A stretch of DNA of 64,000 bases from contig OZ296657.1 of the NCBI GenBank assembly GCA_965655095.1, positions 16,368,001-16,432,000 on the forward strand, given 5' to 3'. The notes below the pieces were generated by a model. That model worked only from the letters and a program-made list of their open reading frames with translations. It searched no databases and was not told where the DNA came from. This stretch comes from Haplodiscus bocki (taxonomy: Eukaryota). Below, in pieces: positions 53,310 to 64,000 of the stretch; within the stretch, counting starts at the first letter, position 1, and each line of letters begins with the position of its first letter. The translations under genes were made by a program, and so were the position numbers.

Positions 53310-55285
53310 GGTTTTTCATTATCCCAAAAAAAAGTCGTGTAAAAAGATCCATCACGACGTGAAGTTTCTGGTTCGCAATGAACGATCGTGAAAAAAGTCC
53401 AAGCTTCACGTGATGTTTCTGAATTGCATTGAATGATCAAGAAAATTTTTGGTTGATGACGTGGTATTTCTTAACCGCAAGGAAAACTCGTGAGGTTTTT
53501 TCCACTGTGATGTGATTGTTTTGATTCGCAAAAAATAATCGTGAAAACAATTCTATCTTCACGTGAGTTTTTTGAACCGCAGTGAACGACGGTGAAAACA
53601 TTTCCACGTTGACGTGGTTTTTTTTAATCGGAAAGGAAGATCATGGAGACACTTCCATCTTGACGTGATTTTTTTGAATCGGAAAAAATGATCGTGGAAA
53701 CACTCCTCTATCTTGAGGTGAAATTTCTGAATCCCAGTGAATGACCGGGAAAGTGTTTCCATGTTGACGTGGTATTTCTTAATCAGAAAGGAAGATCTTG
53801 AAAACTTTTCCGCCCTAACGTGATTTTTCTGAATCGCTATGAACGATTGGGAAGAAATTTCAATCTTGACGTGCATTTCCTTGTTCACCAAAATTAATTG
53901 TGAGAAATAATTCCATGCTGACGTGATCTTTTGGAACCGCAATGAATGATCGCGAAAGGGTTTCCATTTTGACGTGGCACTTCGTAACCGGGTAGAATGG
54001 CGGTTGAAACATTTTCAACTTGACGTGATTTTTATGAATCGCAATGAACCATCGGGAAAAGATTTCCTTCTTGAAGTCGTGTTTCTTACTCTCATTGATT
54101 GATTTGGAAAACATTTGCATCCTGACGTGAACATTCTGAATCGCAATCAATGATTGTGAAAGAATTCCTACCTTGACCTGATTTTTCCGAATCACAAGAA
54201 ATGATCGTCACAAGGTATCCAACTTGACAAGGTATTTCTTCATCGCAAGCATTGATAGTGAAAAGGTTTCCGCCTTAACGTTATCTTTCCGATTTGCAAT
54301 GGCTGATGGTTACAAGATTATCAACTTGAAGTGGTATTTCGTAATAGCAATGACTAATCGTGACAAGGTTTGCATCTCGAATTTGTTTTTCATTATCCCA
54401 AAAAAAAGTCGTGTAAAAAGATCCATCACGACGTGAAGTTTCTGGTTCGCAATGAACGATCGTGAAAAAAGTCCAAGCTTCACGTGATGTTTCTGAATTG
54501 CATTGAATGATCAAGAAAATTTTTGGTTGATGACGTGGTATTTCTTAACCGCAAGGAAAACTCGTGAGGTTTTTTCCACTGTGATGTGATTGTTTTGATT
54601 CGCAAAAAATAATCGTGAAAACAATTCTATCTTCACGTGAGTTTTTTGAACCGCAGTGAACGACGGTGAAAACATTTCCACGTTGACGTGGTTTTTTTTA
54701 ATCGGAAAGGAAGATCATGGAGACACTTCCATCTTGACGTGATTTTTTTGAATCGGAAAAAATGATCGTGGAAACACTCCTCTATCTTGAGGTGAAATTT
54801 CTGAATCCCAGTGAATGACCGGGAAAGTGTTTCCATGTTGACGTGGTATTTCTTAATCAGAAAGGAAGATCTTGAAAACTTTTCCGCCCTAACGTGATTT
54901 TTCTGAATCGCTATGAACGATTGGGAAGAAATTTCAATCTTGACGTGCATTTCCTTGTTCACCAAAATTAATTGTGAGAAATAATTCCATGCTGACGTGA
55001 TCTTTTGGAACCGCAATGAATGATCGCGAAAGGGTTTCCATTTTGACGTGGCACTTCGTAACCGGGTAGAATGGCGGTTGAAACATTTTCAACTTGACGT
55101 GATTTTTATGAATCGCAATGAACCATCGGGAAAAGATTTCCTTCTTGAAGTCGTGTTTCTTACTCTCATTGATTGATTTGGAAAACATTTGCATCCTGAC
55201 GTGAACATTCTGAATCGCAATCAATGATTGTGAAAGAATTCCTACCTTGACCTGATTTTTCCGAATCACAAGAAATGATCGTCAC
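53310..55285 (+). repeat. Near-identical 1,074-bp single-unit duplication
   Basis: ORFs 53559/54633 and 53860/54934 have identical translations. Private variants (gatcaagaaaattttt, gaatcccagtgaatgaccggg) are shared by these two units only. Confidence 0.85.
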
Positions 55286-58200
55286 AAGATATCCATCTTG
55301 ACAAGGTATATCCTTATCGCAAGCAACGATAGTGAAAACGTTTCCGTCCTGACTTTTTTTCTGATTTGCAAAGGTTGATGGTGACAGGATTATCAATTTG
55401 AAGTGGTATTCGTAATAGCAATGACTAATCGTGACAAGGTTTGCATCTCGACTTGGTTTTTCATAATCCCAAAAAACGGTCGTGTAAAAAGATCCATCAC
55501 CACGTGAAGTTTCTGGTTCGCAATGAACGATCGTGAAAAAAGTCCAAGCTTCACGTGATATTTCTGAATTGCATTGAATGATCATGAAAAGTTTTGGTTG
55601 ATGACGTGGTATTTCTTAACCGCAAGGAAAACTCGTGAGGTTTCTTCCACTGTGATTTGATTGCTTTGATTCGCAAAAAATGATCGTGAAAACAATTCTA
55701 TCTTCACGTTAGTTTTTTGAACCGCAGTGAACGACGGTGAAAACATTTCCACGTTGACGTGATTTTTTTTAATCGTAAAAGAAGATCGTGGAGACACTTC
55801 AATCTTGACGTGATTTTTTTGAATCGGAAAAAATGATCGTGAAAACACTCCTCCATCTTGAGGTGAAATTTCTGAATCACAGTGAATGACGGGGAAAATC
55901 TTTCCATATTGACGTGGTGTTTCTTAATCGGAAAGTAATATCTTGAAAAGCTTTCCGGCCTGACGTCAATTTTCTGATACGCTATGAACGATTGTGAAAA
56001 AATTTCAATCTTGATGTGCAATTCCTTGTTCACGATGATTGATCGTGAAAAACATTTCCATGCTGACGTGATTTTTCTGATTCGCAATGAATGATCGCGA
56101 AAAGGTTTCCATTTTGACGTGGTACTTCGTAACCGGATAGAATGCCGGTGAAAACTTTTTCAACTTGACGTGATTTTTCTGAATCGCAATGAACCATCGG
56201 GAAAAGATTTCCTTCTTGAAGTCGTGTTTCTTAATCTCCTTGACTGATTGTGAAAACATTTGCGTCCTGACGTGAATATTCTGAATCGCAATGAATGATT
56301 GTGAAAGAATTCCTACCTCGACCTGATTTTTCTGATTCACAAGAAATCATCGTCACAAGGTATCCATCTTGACAAGGTATTTCTCTATCGCAAGCAACGA
56401 TAGTTGAAACGTTTCCATCGTGACGTTTTTTTCCTGATTTGCAATGATTGATGGTGACAGGGTTGACAACTTGAAGTGGTGTTTCTTAACAGCAATGACT
56501 GGTCGTGACAAGATTTGCATCTCGACTTGGTTTTTCATAATCCCAAAAAATGGTCGTGCAAAAAGATCCATCGTGACGTGATTTTTCTGATTCGCAATGA
56601 ATGATCGTGAAAAATTTCTAAGCTTCACGGGATATTCCTGAATTGCATTGAATGATCGTGAAAAATTTTGGTTGATGACGTGGTATTTCCTAACCGCAAG
56701 GAAAGATCGTGAGGTTTTTTCCACTCTGATGTGATTGTTTTGATTCGAAAAAATGATCGTGAAAACAATTCTATCTTGATGTGAATTTTCTGAATCGCAG
56801 TGAACGACGGTGAAAACATTTCCACGTTGACGTGGTTTTTTTTAATCGTAAAAGAAGATCGTGGAAACAATTCCATCTTGACGTGATTTTTTTGAATCGG
56901 AAAAAATGATCGTGAAAACACTCCTCCATCTTGGGGTGAAATTTTTGAATCACAGTGAATGACGGGGAAAATGTTTCCATGTTGACGTGGTATTTCTTAA
57001 TCAGAAAGGAAGATCTTGAAAACTTTTCCGCCCTAACGTGATTTTTCTGAATCGCTATGAACGATTGGGAAGAAATTTCAATCTTGACGTGCATTTCCTT
57101 GTTCACCAAAATTAATTGTGAGAAACAATTCCATGCTGACGTGATCTTTTGGAACCGCAATGAATGATCGCGAAAGGGTTTCCATTTTGACGTGGAACTT
57201 CGTAACCGGGTAGAATGGCGGTTGAAACATTTTCAACTTGACGTGATTTTTATGAATCGCAATGAACCATCGGGAAAAGATTTCCTTCTTGAAGTCGTGT
57301 TTCTTACTCTCATTGATTGATTTGGAAAACATTTGCATCCTGACGTGAACATTCTGAATCGCAACCAATGATTGTGAAAGAATTCCTACCTTGAGCTGAT
57401 TTTTCCGAATCACAAGAAATGATCGTCACAAGATATCCATCTTGACAAGGTATATCCTTATCGCAAGCAACGATAGTGAAAACGTTTCCGTCCTGACTTT
57501 TTTTCTGATTTGCAAAGGTTGATGGTGACAGGATTATCAATTTGAAGTGGTATTCGTAATAGCAATGACTAATCGTGACAAGGTTTGCATCTCGACTTGG
57601 TTTTTCATAATCCCAAAAAACGGTCGTGTAAAAAGATCCATCACGACGTGAAGTCTCTGGTTCGCAATGAACGATCGTGAAAAAAGTCCAAGCTTCACGT
57701 CATATTTCTGAATTGCATTGAATGATCATGAAAAGTTTTGGTTGATGACGTGGTATTTCTTAACCGCAAGGAAAACTCGTGAGGTTTTTTCCACTGTGAT
57801 TTGATTGTTTTGATTCGCAAAAAATGATCGTGAAAACAATTCTATCTTCACGTGAGTTTTTTGAACCGCAGTGAACGACGGTGAAAACATTTCCACGTTG
57901 ACGTGATTTTTTTTAATCGTAAAAGAAGATCGTGGAGACACTTCCATCTTGACGTGATTTTTTTGAATCGGAAAAAATGATCGTGAAAACACTCCTCCAT
58001 CTTGAGGTGAAATTTCTGAATCACAGTGAATGACGGGGAAAATCTTTCCATGTTGACGTGGTGTTTCTTAATCGGAAAGGAATATCTTGAAAAGCTTTCC
58101 GGCCTGACGTCATTTTTCTGAATCGCTATGAACGATTGTGAAAAAATTTCAATCTTGATGTGCAATTCCTTGTTCACAATGATTGATCGTGAAAAACATT

Positions 58201-61200
58201 TCCATGCTGACGTGATTTTTCTGATTCGCAATGAATGATCGCGAAAAGGTTTCCATTTTGACGTGGTACTTCGTAACCGGACAGAATGCCGGTGAAAACT
58301 TTTTCAACTTGACGTGATTTTTATGAATCGCAATGAACCATCGGGAAAAGATTTCCTTCTTGAAGTCGTGTTTTTTAATCCCCTTGATTGATTGTGAAAA
58401 CATTTGCGTCCTGACGTGATTATTCTGAATCACAATGAATGATTGTGAAGGAATTCCTACCTCGACCTGATTTTTCTGATTCACAAGAAATCATCGTCAC
58501 AAGGTATCCATCTTGACAAGGTATTTCTCTATCGCAAGCAACGATAGTTGAAACGTTTCCATCGTGACGTTATTTTCCTGATTTACAATGATTGATGGTG
58601 ACAGGATTGACAACTTGAAGTGGTATTTCTTAACAGCAATGACTGGTCGTGACAAGATTTGCATCTCGACTTGGTTTTTCATAATCCCAAAAAATGGTCG
58701 TGCAAAAAGATCCATCGTGACGTGATTTTTCTGATTCGCAATGAATGGTCGTGAAAAATTTCTAAGCTTCACGGGATATTCCTGAATTGCATTGAATGAT
58801 CGTGAAAAATTTTGGTTGATGACGTGGTATTTCCTAACCGCAAGGAAAGATCGTGAGGTTTTTTCCACTCTGATGTGATTGTTTTGATTCGCAAAAAATG
58901 ATCGTGAAAACAATTCTCCCTTGATGTGAATTTTCTGAATCGCAGTGAACGACGGTGAAAACATTTCCACGTTGACGTGGTTTTTTTTAATCGGAAAGGA
59001 AGATCGTGGAAACAATTCCATCTTGACGTTATTTTTTTGAATCGGTAAAAATGATCGTGAAAACACTCCTCCATCTTGAGGTGAAATTTTTGAATCACAG
59101 TGAATGACGGGGAAAATGTTTCCATGTTGACGTGGTATTTCTTAATCAGAAAGGAAGATCTTGAAAACTTTTCCGCCCTAACGTGATTTTTCTGAATCGC
59201 TATGAACGATTGGGAAGAAATTTCAATCTTGACGTGCATTTCCTTGTTCACAAAAATTAATTGTGAGAAACAATTCCATGCTGACGTGATCTTTTGGAAC
59301 TGCAATGAATGATCGCGAAAGGGTTTCCATTTTGACGTGGCACTTCGTAACCGGGTAGAATGGCGGTTGAAACATTTTCAACTTGACGTGATTTTTATGA
59401 ATCGCAATGAACCATCGGGAAAAGATTTCCTTCTTGAAGTCGTGTTTCTTAATCCCCTTGATTGATTGTGAAAACATATGCATCCTGAAGTGAACATTCT
59501 GAATCGCATTCAATGATTGTGAAAGAATTCCTGCCTTGACCTGATTTTTCCGAATCACAAGAAATGATCGTCACAAGATATCCATCTTGACAAGGTATAT
59601 CCTTATCGCAAGCAACGATAGTGAAAACGTTTCCGTCCTGACTTTTTTTCTGATTTGCAAAGGTTGATGGTGACAGGATTATCAATTTGAAGTGGTATTC
59701 GTAATAGCAATGACTAATCGTGACAAGGTTTGCATCTCGACTTGGTTTTTCATAATCCCAAAAAACGGTCGTGTAAAAAGATCCATCACCACGTGAAGTT
59801 TCTGGTTCGCAATGAACGATCGTGAAAAAAGTCCAAGCTTCACGTGATATTTCTGAATTGCATTGAATGATCATGAAAAGTTTTGGTTGATGACGTGGTA
59901 TTTCTTAACCGCCAGGAAAACTCGTGAGGTTTTTTCCACTGTGATGTGATTGTTTTGATTCGCAAAAAATGATCGTGAAAACAATTCTATCTTCACGTGA
60001 GTTTTTTGAACCGCAGTGAACGACGGTGAAAACATTTCCACGTTGACGTGATATTTTTTATTCGTAAAAGAAGATCGTGGAGACACTTCCATCTTGACGT
60101 GATTTTTTTGAATCGGAAAAAATGATCGTGAAAACACTCCTCCATCTTGAGGTGAAATTTCTGAATCACAGTGAATGACGGGGAAAATCTTTCCATATTG
60201 ACGTGGTGTTTCTTAATCGGAAAGTAATATCTTGAAAAGCTTTCCGGCCTGACGTCATTTATCTGAATCGCTATGAACGATTGTGAAAAAATTTCAATCT
60301 TGATGTGCAATTCCTTGTTCACAATGATTGATCGTGAAAAACATTTCCATGCTGACGTGATTTTTCTGATTCGCAATGAATGATCGCGAAAAGGTTTCCA
60401 TTTTGACGTGGCACTTGGTAACCGGATAGAATGCCGGTGAAAACTTTTTCAACTTGACGTGATTTTTCTGAATCGCAATGAACCATCGGGAAAAGATTTC
60501 CTTCTTGAAGTCGTGTTTCTTAATCTCCTTGATTGATTGTGAAAACATTTGCGTCCTGACGTGAATATTCTGAATCGCAATGAATGATTGTGAAAAATTT
60601 CTAAGCTTCACGGGATATTCCTGAATTGCATTGAATGATCGTGAAAAATTTTGGTTGATGACGTGGTATTTCCTAACCGCAAGGAAAGATCGTGAGGTTT
60701 TTTCCACTCTGATGTGATTGTTTTGATTCGCAAAAAATGATCGTGAAAACAATTCTCCCTTGATGTGAATTTTCTGAATCGCAGTGAACGACGGTGAAAA
60801 CATTTCCACGTTGACGTGGTTTTTTTTAATCGGAAAGGAAGATCGTGGAAACAATTCCATCTTGACGTTATTTTTTTGAATCGGTAAAAATGATCGTGAA
60901 AACACTCCTCCATCTTGAGGTGAAATTTTTGAATCACAGTGAATGACGGGGAAAATGTTTCCATGTTGACGTGGTATTTCTTAATCAGAAAGGAAGATCT
61001 TGAAAACTTTTCCGCCCTAACGTGATTTTTCTGAATCGCTATGAACGATTGGGAAGAAATTTCAATCTTGACGTGCATTTCCTTGTTCACAAAAATTAAT
61101 TGTGAGAAACAATTCCATGCTGACGTGATCTTTTGGAACTGCAATGAATGATCGCGAAAGGGTTTCCATTTTGACGTGGCACTTCGTAACCGGGTAGAAT

Positions 61201-63600
61201 GGCGGTTGAAACATTTTCAACTTGACGTGATTTTTATGAATCGCAATGAACCATCGGGAAAAGATTTCCTTCTTGAAGTCGTGTTTCTTAATCCCCTTGA
61301 TTGATTGTGAAAACATATGCATCCTGAAGTGAACATTCTGAATCGCATTCAATGATTGTGAAAGAATTCCTGCCTTGACCTGATTTTTCCGAATCACAAG
61401 AAATGATCGTCACAAGATATCCATCTTGACAAGGTATATCCTTATCGCAAGCAACGATAGTGAAAACGTTTCCGTCCTGACTTTTTTTCTGATTTGCAAA
61501 GGTTGATGGTGACAGGATTATCAATTTGAAGTGGTATTCGTAATAGCAATGACTAATCGTGACAAGGTTTGCATCTCGACTTGGTTTTTCATAATCCCAA
61601 AAAACGGTCGTGTAAAAAGCTCCATCACCACGTGAAGTTTCTGGTTCGCAATGAACGATCGTGAAAAAAGTCCAAGCTTCACGTGATATTTCTGAATTGC
61701 ATTGAATGATCATGAAAAGTTTTGGTTGATGACGTGGTATTTCTTAACCGCCAGGAAAACTCGTGAGGTTTTTTCCACTGTGATGTGATTGTTTTGATTC
61801 GCAAAAAATGATCGTGAAAACAATTCTATCTTCACGTGAGTTTTTTGAACCGCAGTGAACGACGGTGAAAACATTTCCACGTTGACGTGATATTTTTTAT
61901 TCGTAAAAGAAGATCGTGGAGACACTTCCATCTTGACGTGATTTTTTTGAATCGGAAAAAATGATCGTGAAAACACTCCTCCATCTTGAGGTGAAATTTC
62001 TGAATCACAGTGAATGACGGGGAAAATCTTTCCATATTGACGTGGTGTTTCTTAATCGGAAAGTAATATCTTGAAAAGCTTTCCGGCCTGACGTCATTTA
62101 TCTGAATCGCTATGAACGATTGTGAAAAAATTTCAATCTTGATGTGCAATTCCTTGTTCACAATGATTGATCGTGAAAAACATTTCCATGCTGACGTGAT
62201 TTTTCTGATTCGCAATGAATGATCGCGAAAAGGTTTCCATTTTGACGTGGCACTTGGTAACCGGATAGAATGCCGGTGAAAACTTTTTCAACTTGACGTG
62301 ATTTTTCTGAATCGCAATGAACCATCGGGAAAAGATTTCCTTCTTGAAGTCGTGTTTCTTAATCTCCTTGATTGATTGTGAAAACATTTGCGTCCTGACG
62401 TGAATATTCTGAATCGCAATGAATGATTGTGAAAGAATTCCTACCTCGACCTGATTTTTCTGATTCACAAGAAATCATCGTCACAAGGTATCCATCTTGA
62501 CAAGGTATTTCTCTATCGCAAGCAACGATAGTTAAAACCTTTCCATCTTGACGTTATTTTTCTGATTTGCAATGATTGATGGTGACAGGATTGACAACTT
62601 GAAGTGGTATTTCTTAACAGCAATGACTGTTCGTGACAAGATTTGTATCTCGACTTGCTTTTTCATAATCCCAAAAAATGGTCGTGCAAAAAGATCCATC
62701 GTGACGTGATTTTTCTGATTAGCAATGAATGATCGTGAAAAATTTCTAAGCTTCACGGGATATTCCTGAATTGCATTGAATGATCATGAAAAATTTTGGT
62801 TGATGACGTGGTATTTCCTAACCGCAAGGAAAGATCGTGAGGTTTTTTTCACTCTGATGTGATTGTTTTGATTCGCAAAAAATGATCGTGAAAACAATTC
62901 TATCTTGATGTGATTTTTCTGAATCGCAGTGAACGACGGTGAAAACATTTCCACGTTGACGTGGTTTTTTTTAATCGGAAAGGAAGATCGTGGAAACAAT
63001 TCCATCTTGACGTGATTTTTTTGAATCGGAAAAAATGATCGTGAAAACACTCTTCCATCTTGAGGTGAAATTTTTGAATCACAGTGAATGACGGGGAAAA
63101 AGTTTCCGTGTTGACGTGTTGACGTGGTTTTTCTGAATCAGAAACGAAGATCTGTAGAACCTTTCCGCCCTGACGTCATTTTTCTGAATCGCTATGAATG
63201 ATTGTGAAAAAAATTCAATCTTGACGTGCAATTCCTTGTTCACAATAATTGATCGTGAAAAACAATTCCATGTTGACGTGATTTTTCCGAACCGCAATGA
63301 ATGATCGCGAGAGGGTTTCCATTTCAACGTGGTACTTCGTAACCGGACAGAATGGCGGCGAAATTATTCTGAACTTGACGTGTATTTTCTGAATCGCAAT
63401 GAACCATCGGGAAAAGATATCCTTCTTAAAGTCGTGTTTCTTAATCTCATTGATTGATTGTGAAAACATTTGCATCCTGACGTGAATATTCTGAATCGCA
63501 AGGAATGATTGTGAAAGAATTCCTACCTTGACCTGATTTTTCTGAATCACAAGAAATGATCGTCGTAAGGTATCGATCTTGACAAGGTATTCTTTATCGC
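55285..63600 (+). repeat. Alternating two-variant (~2,145-bp) super-HOR of the 21-mer, including an out-of-register 1,839-bp duplication (58751-60589 / 60590-62434)
   Basis: ORFs 55582/57726/59871 are offset by 2,144 and 2,145, and 56353/58497 by 2,144. Pairs 58769/60608, 59223/61062, 59871/61710 and 59993/61832 are all offset by 1,839 with identical translations. Confidence 0.9.
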
Positions 63601-64000
63601 AAGCAACGATTGTTAAAACGTTTCCATCGTGACTTTATTCTCCTGATTTGCAATGATTGATGGTGACAGGATTGACAACTTGAAGTGGTATTTCTTAAAA
63701 ACAATGACTGATCGTGACAAGATTTGCATCTCGACTTGGTTTTTCATAATCCCAAAAAAAGGTCGTGCAAAAAGATCCATCATGACGTGATTTTTCTGAT
63801 TTGCATTGAATGATGGTGAAATATTTTGGTTGATGATGTGGTATTTCCTAACCGCAAGGAAAGATCGTGAGGTTTTTTCCACTCTGATGTGATTGTTTTG
63901 ATTCGCAAAAAATGATCAAGAAAACAACTCTATCTTGATGTGAATTTTCTGAATCGCAGTGAACGACGGTGAAAACATTTCCACGTTGACGTGGTTTTTT

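Larger units (their letters stand above)
1..64000 (+). repeat. Tandem satellite DNA array, 51-bp monomer, about 1,250 head-to-tail copies, single orientation, running off both window ends
   Basis: The motif AATCGCAATGAATGATCGTGA...TTGACGTG recurs every ~51 bp throughout. One example monomer is 3194-3244 aatcgcaatgaatgatcgtgacaagatttgcaacttgacgtagtatttctc, with the next aatggc at 3245. All ORF translations show a 17-aa period (SRSFIAIRKYHVKLQIL / SRSFIAIQKNHVKMEIF). I saw no unique sequence longer than ~25 bp. Confidence 0.99.
39800..64000 (+). repeat. HOR domain 4: ~1,071-1,075-bp 21-mer HOR, about 22 copies, with length variants
   Basis: Equivalent ORF ends at 47423, 48494, 49567, 50642, 51713, 52786, 53860, 54934, 56005, 57078, 58149, 59223 and 60294 step by 1,071-1,075 (21x51=1,071). 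The marker attccaagcttcacgtg / ctaagcttcacggg occurs once per unit. Confidence 0.96.

Noticed and set aside
127-63882. Roughly 300 ORFs in the six-frame track as protein-coding genes
   Set aside because: All are translations of the 51-bp satellite. They overlap in several frames, start and stop at different places in near-identical HOR copies, are broken by homopolymer indels, and resemble no protein family I recognise.
1-64000. CRISPR array
   Set aside because: There is no invariant repeat alternating with unique spacers. The whole 51 bp is homologous between units, variants recur in HORs, and no cas genes or leader are present.
1-64000. Transposon, MITE or other insertion within the array; large inversion
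   Set aside because: I saw no non-satellite stretch longer than ~25 bp, no terminal repeats or target-site duplications, and no reverse-oriented monomers. The only inverted piece is the 8-bp segment in domain 3.
1-64000. Replication-origin iterons or Dam/SeqA GATC cluster; telomeric repeat; tRNA/rRNA arrays
   Set aside because: The scale (64 kb), HOR structure and absence of a rep gene do not fit iterons. There is no short G-rich telomeric unit and no tRNA or rRNA sequence features.
1-64000. Assigning a host species or a named satellite family
   Set aside because: I do not recognise the monomer with confidence; a database search is required.

Overview
The whole 64 kb window is one uninterrupted, head-to-tail satellite DNA array. 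The monomer is 51 bp and AT-rich (about 1,250 copies; consensus AATCGCAATGAATGATCGTGA(A/C)AAGATTT(C/G)CA(T/A)CTTGACGTG(AT/GT)(T/A)TTTC(TG/CT)). All monomers are in one orientation. I found no credible protein gene, RNA gene, CRISPR array or transposon. Every ORF in the track is an artefact: 51 bp = 17 codons and the minus-strand consensus has no stop in any frame. Neighbouring monomers are quite divergent, but they are organised into near-identical higher-order repeats (HORs) that change along the window. These are a 1,596-bp 31-mer (1-2.8 kb), a ~2,403-bp 47-mer (6.5-14 kb), a near-perfect 6,214-bp tandem duplication of mosaic units (14.2-26.6 kb), a ~2,185-bp A/B dimeric HOR (28.3-36.9 kb), and a ~1,072-bp 21-mer (39.8-64 kb) that itself forms 3,219-bp, ~2,145-bp and 1,839-bp super-repeats. 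This layered architecture resembles primate alpha-satellite centromeres but uses a much shorter monomer. The best candidate for an undescribed system is therefore an HOR-structured, possibly centromeric, 51-bp satellite with readable recombination scars. The host organism and any centromere function cannot be established from the sequence alone. Periods were derived from matching ORF coordinates and diagnostic motifs by eye; domain edges are approximate.
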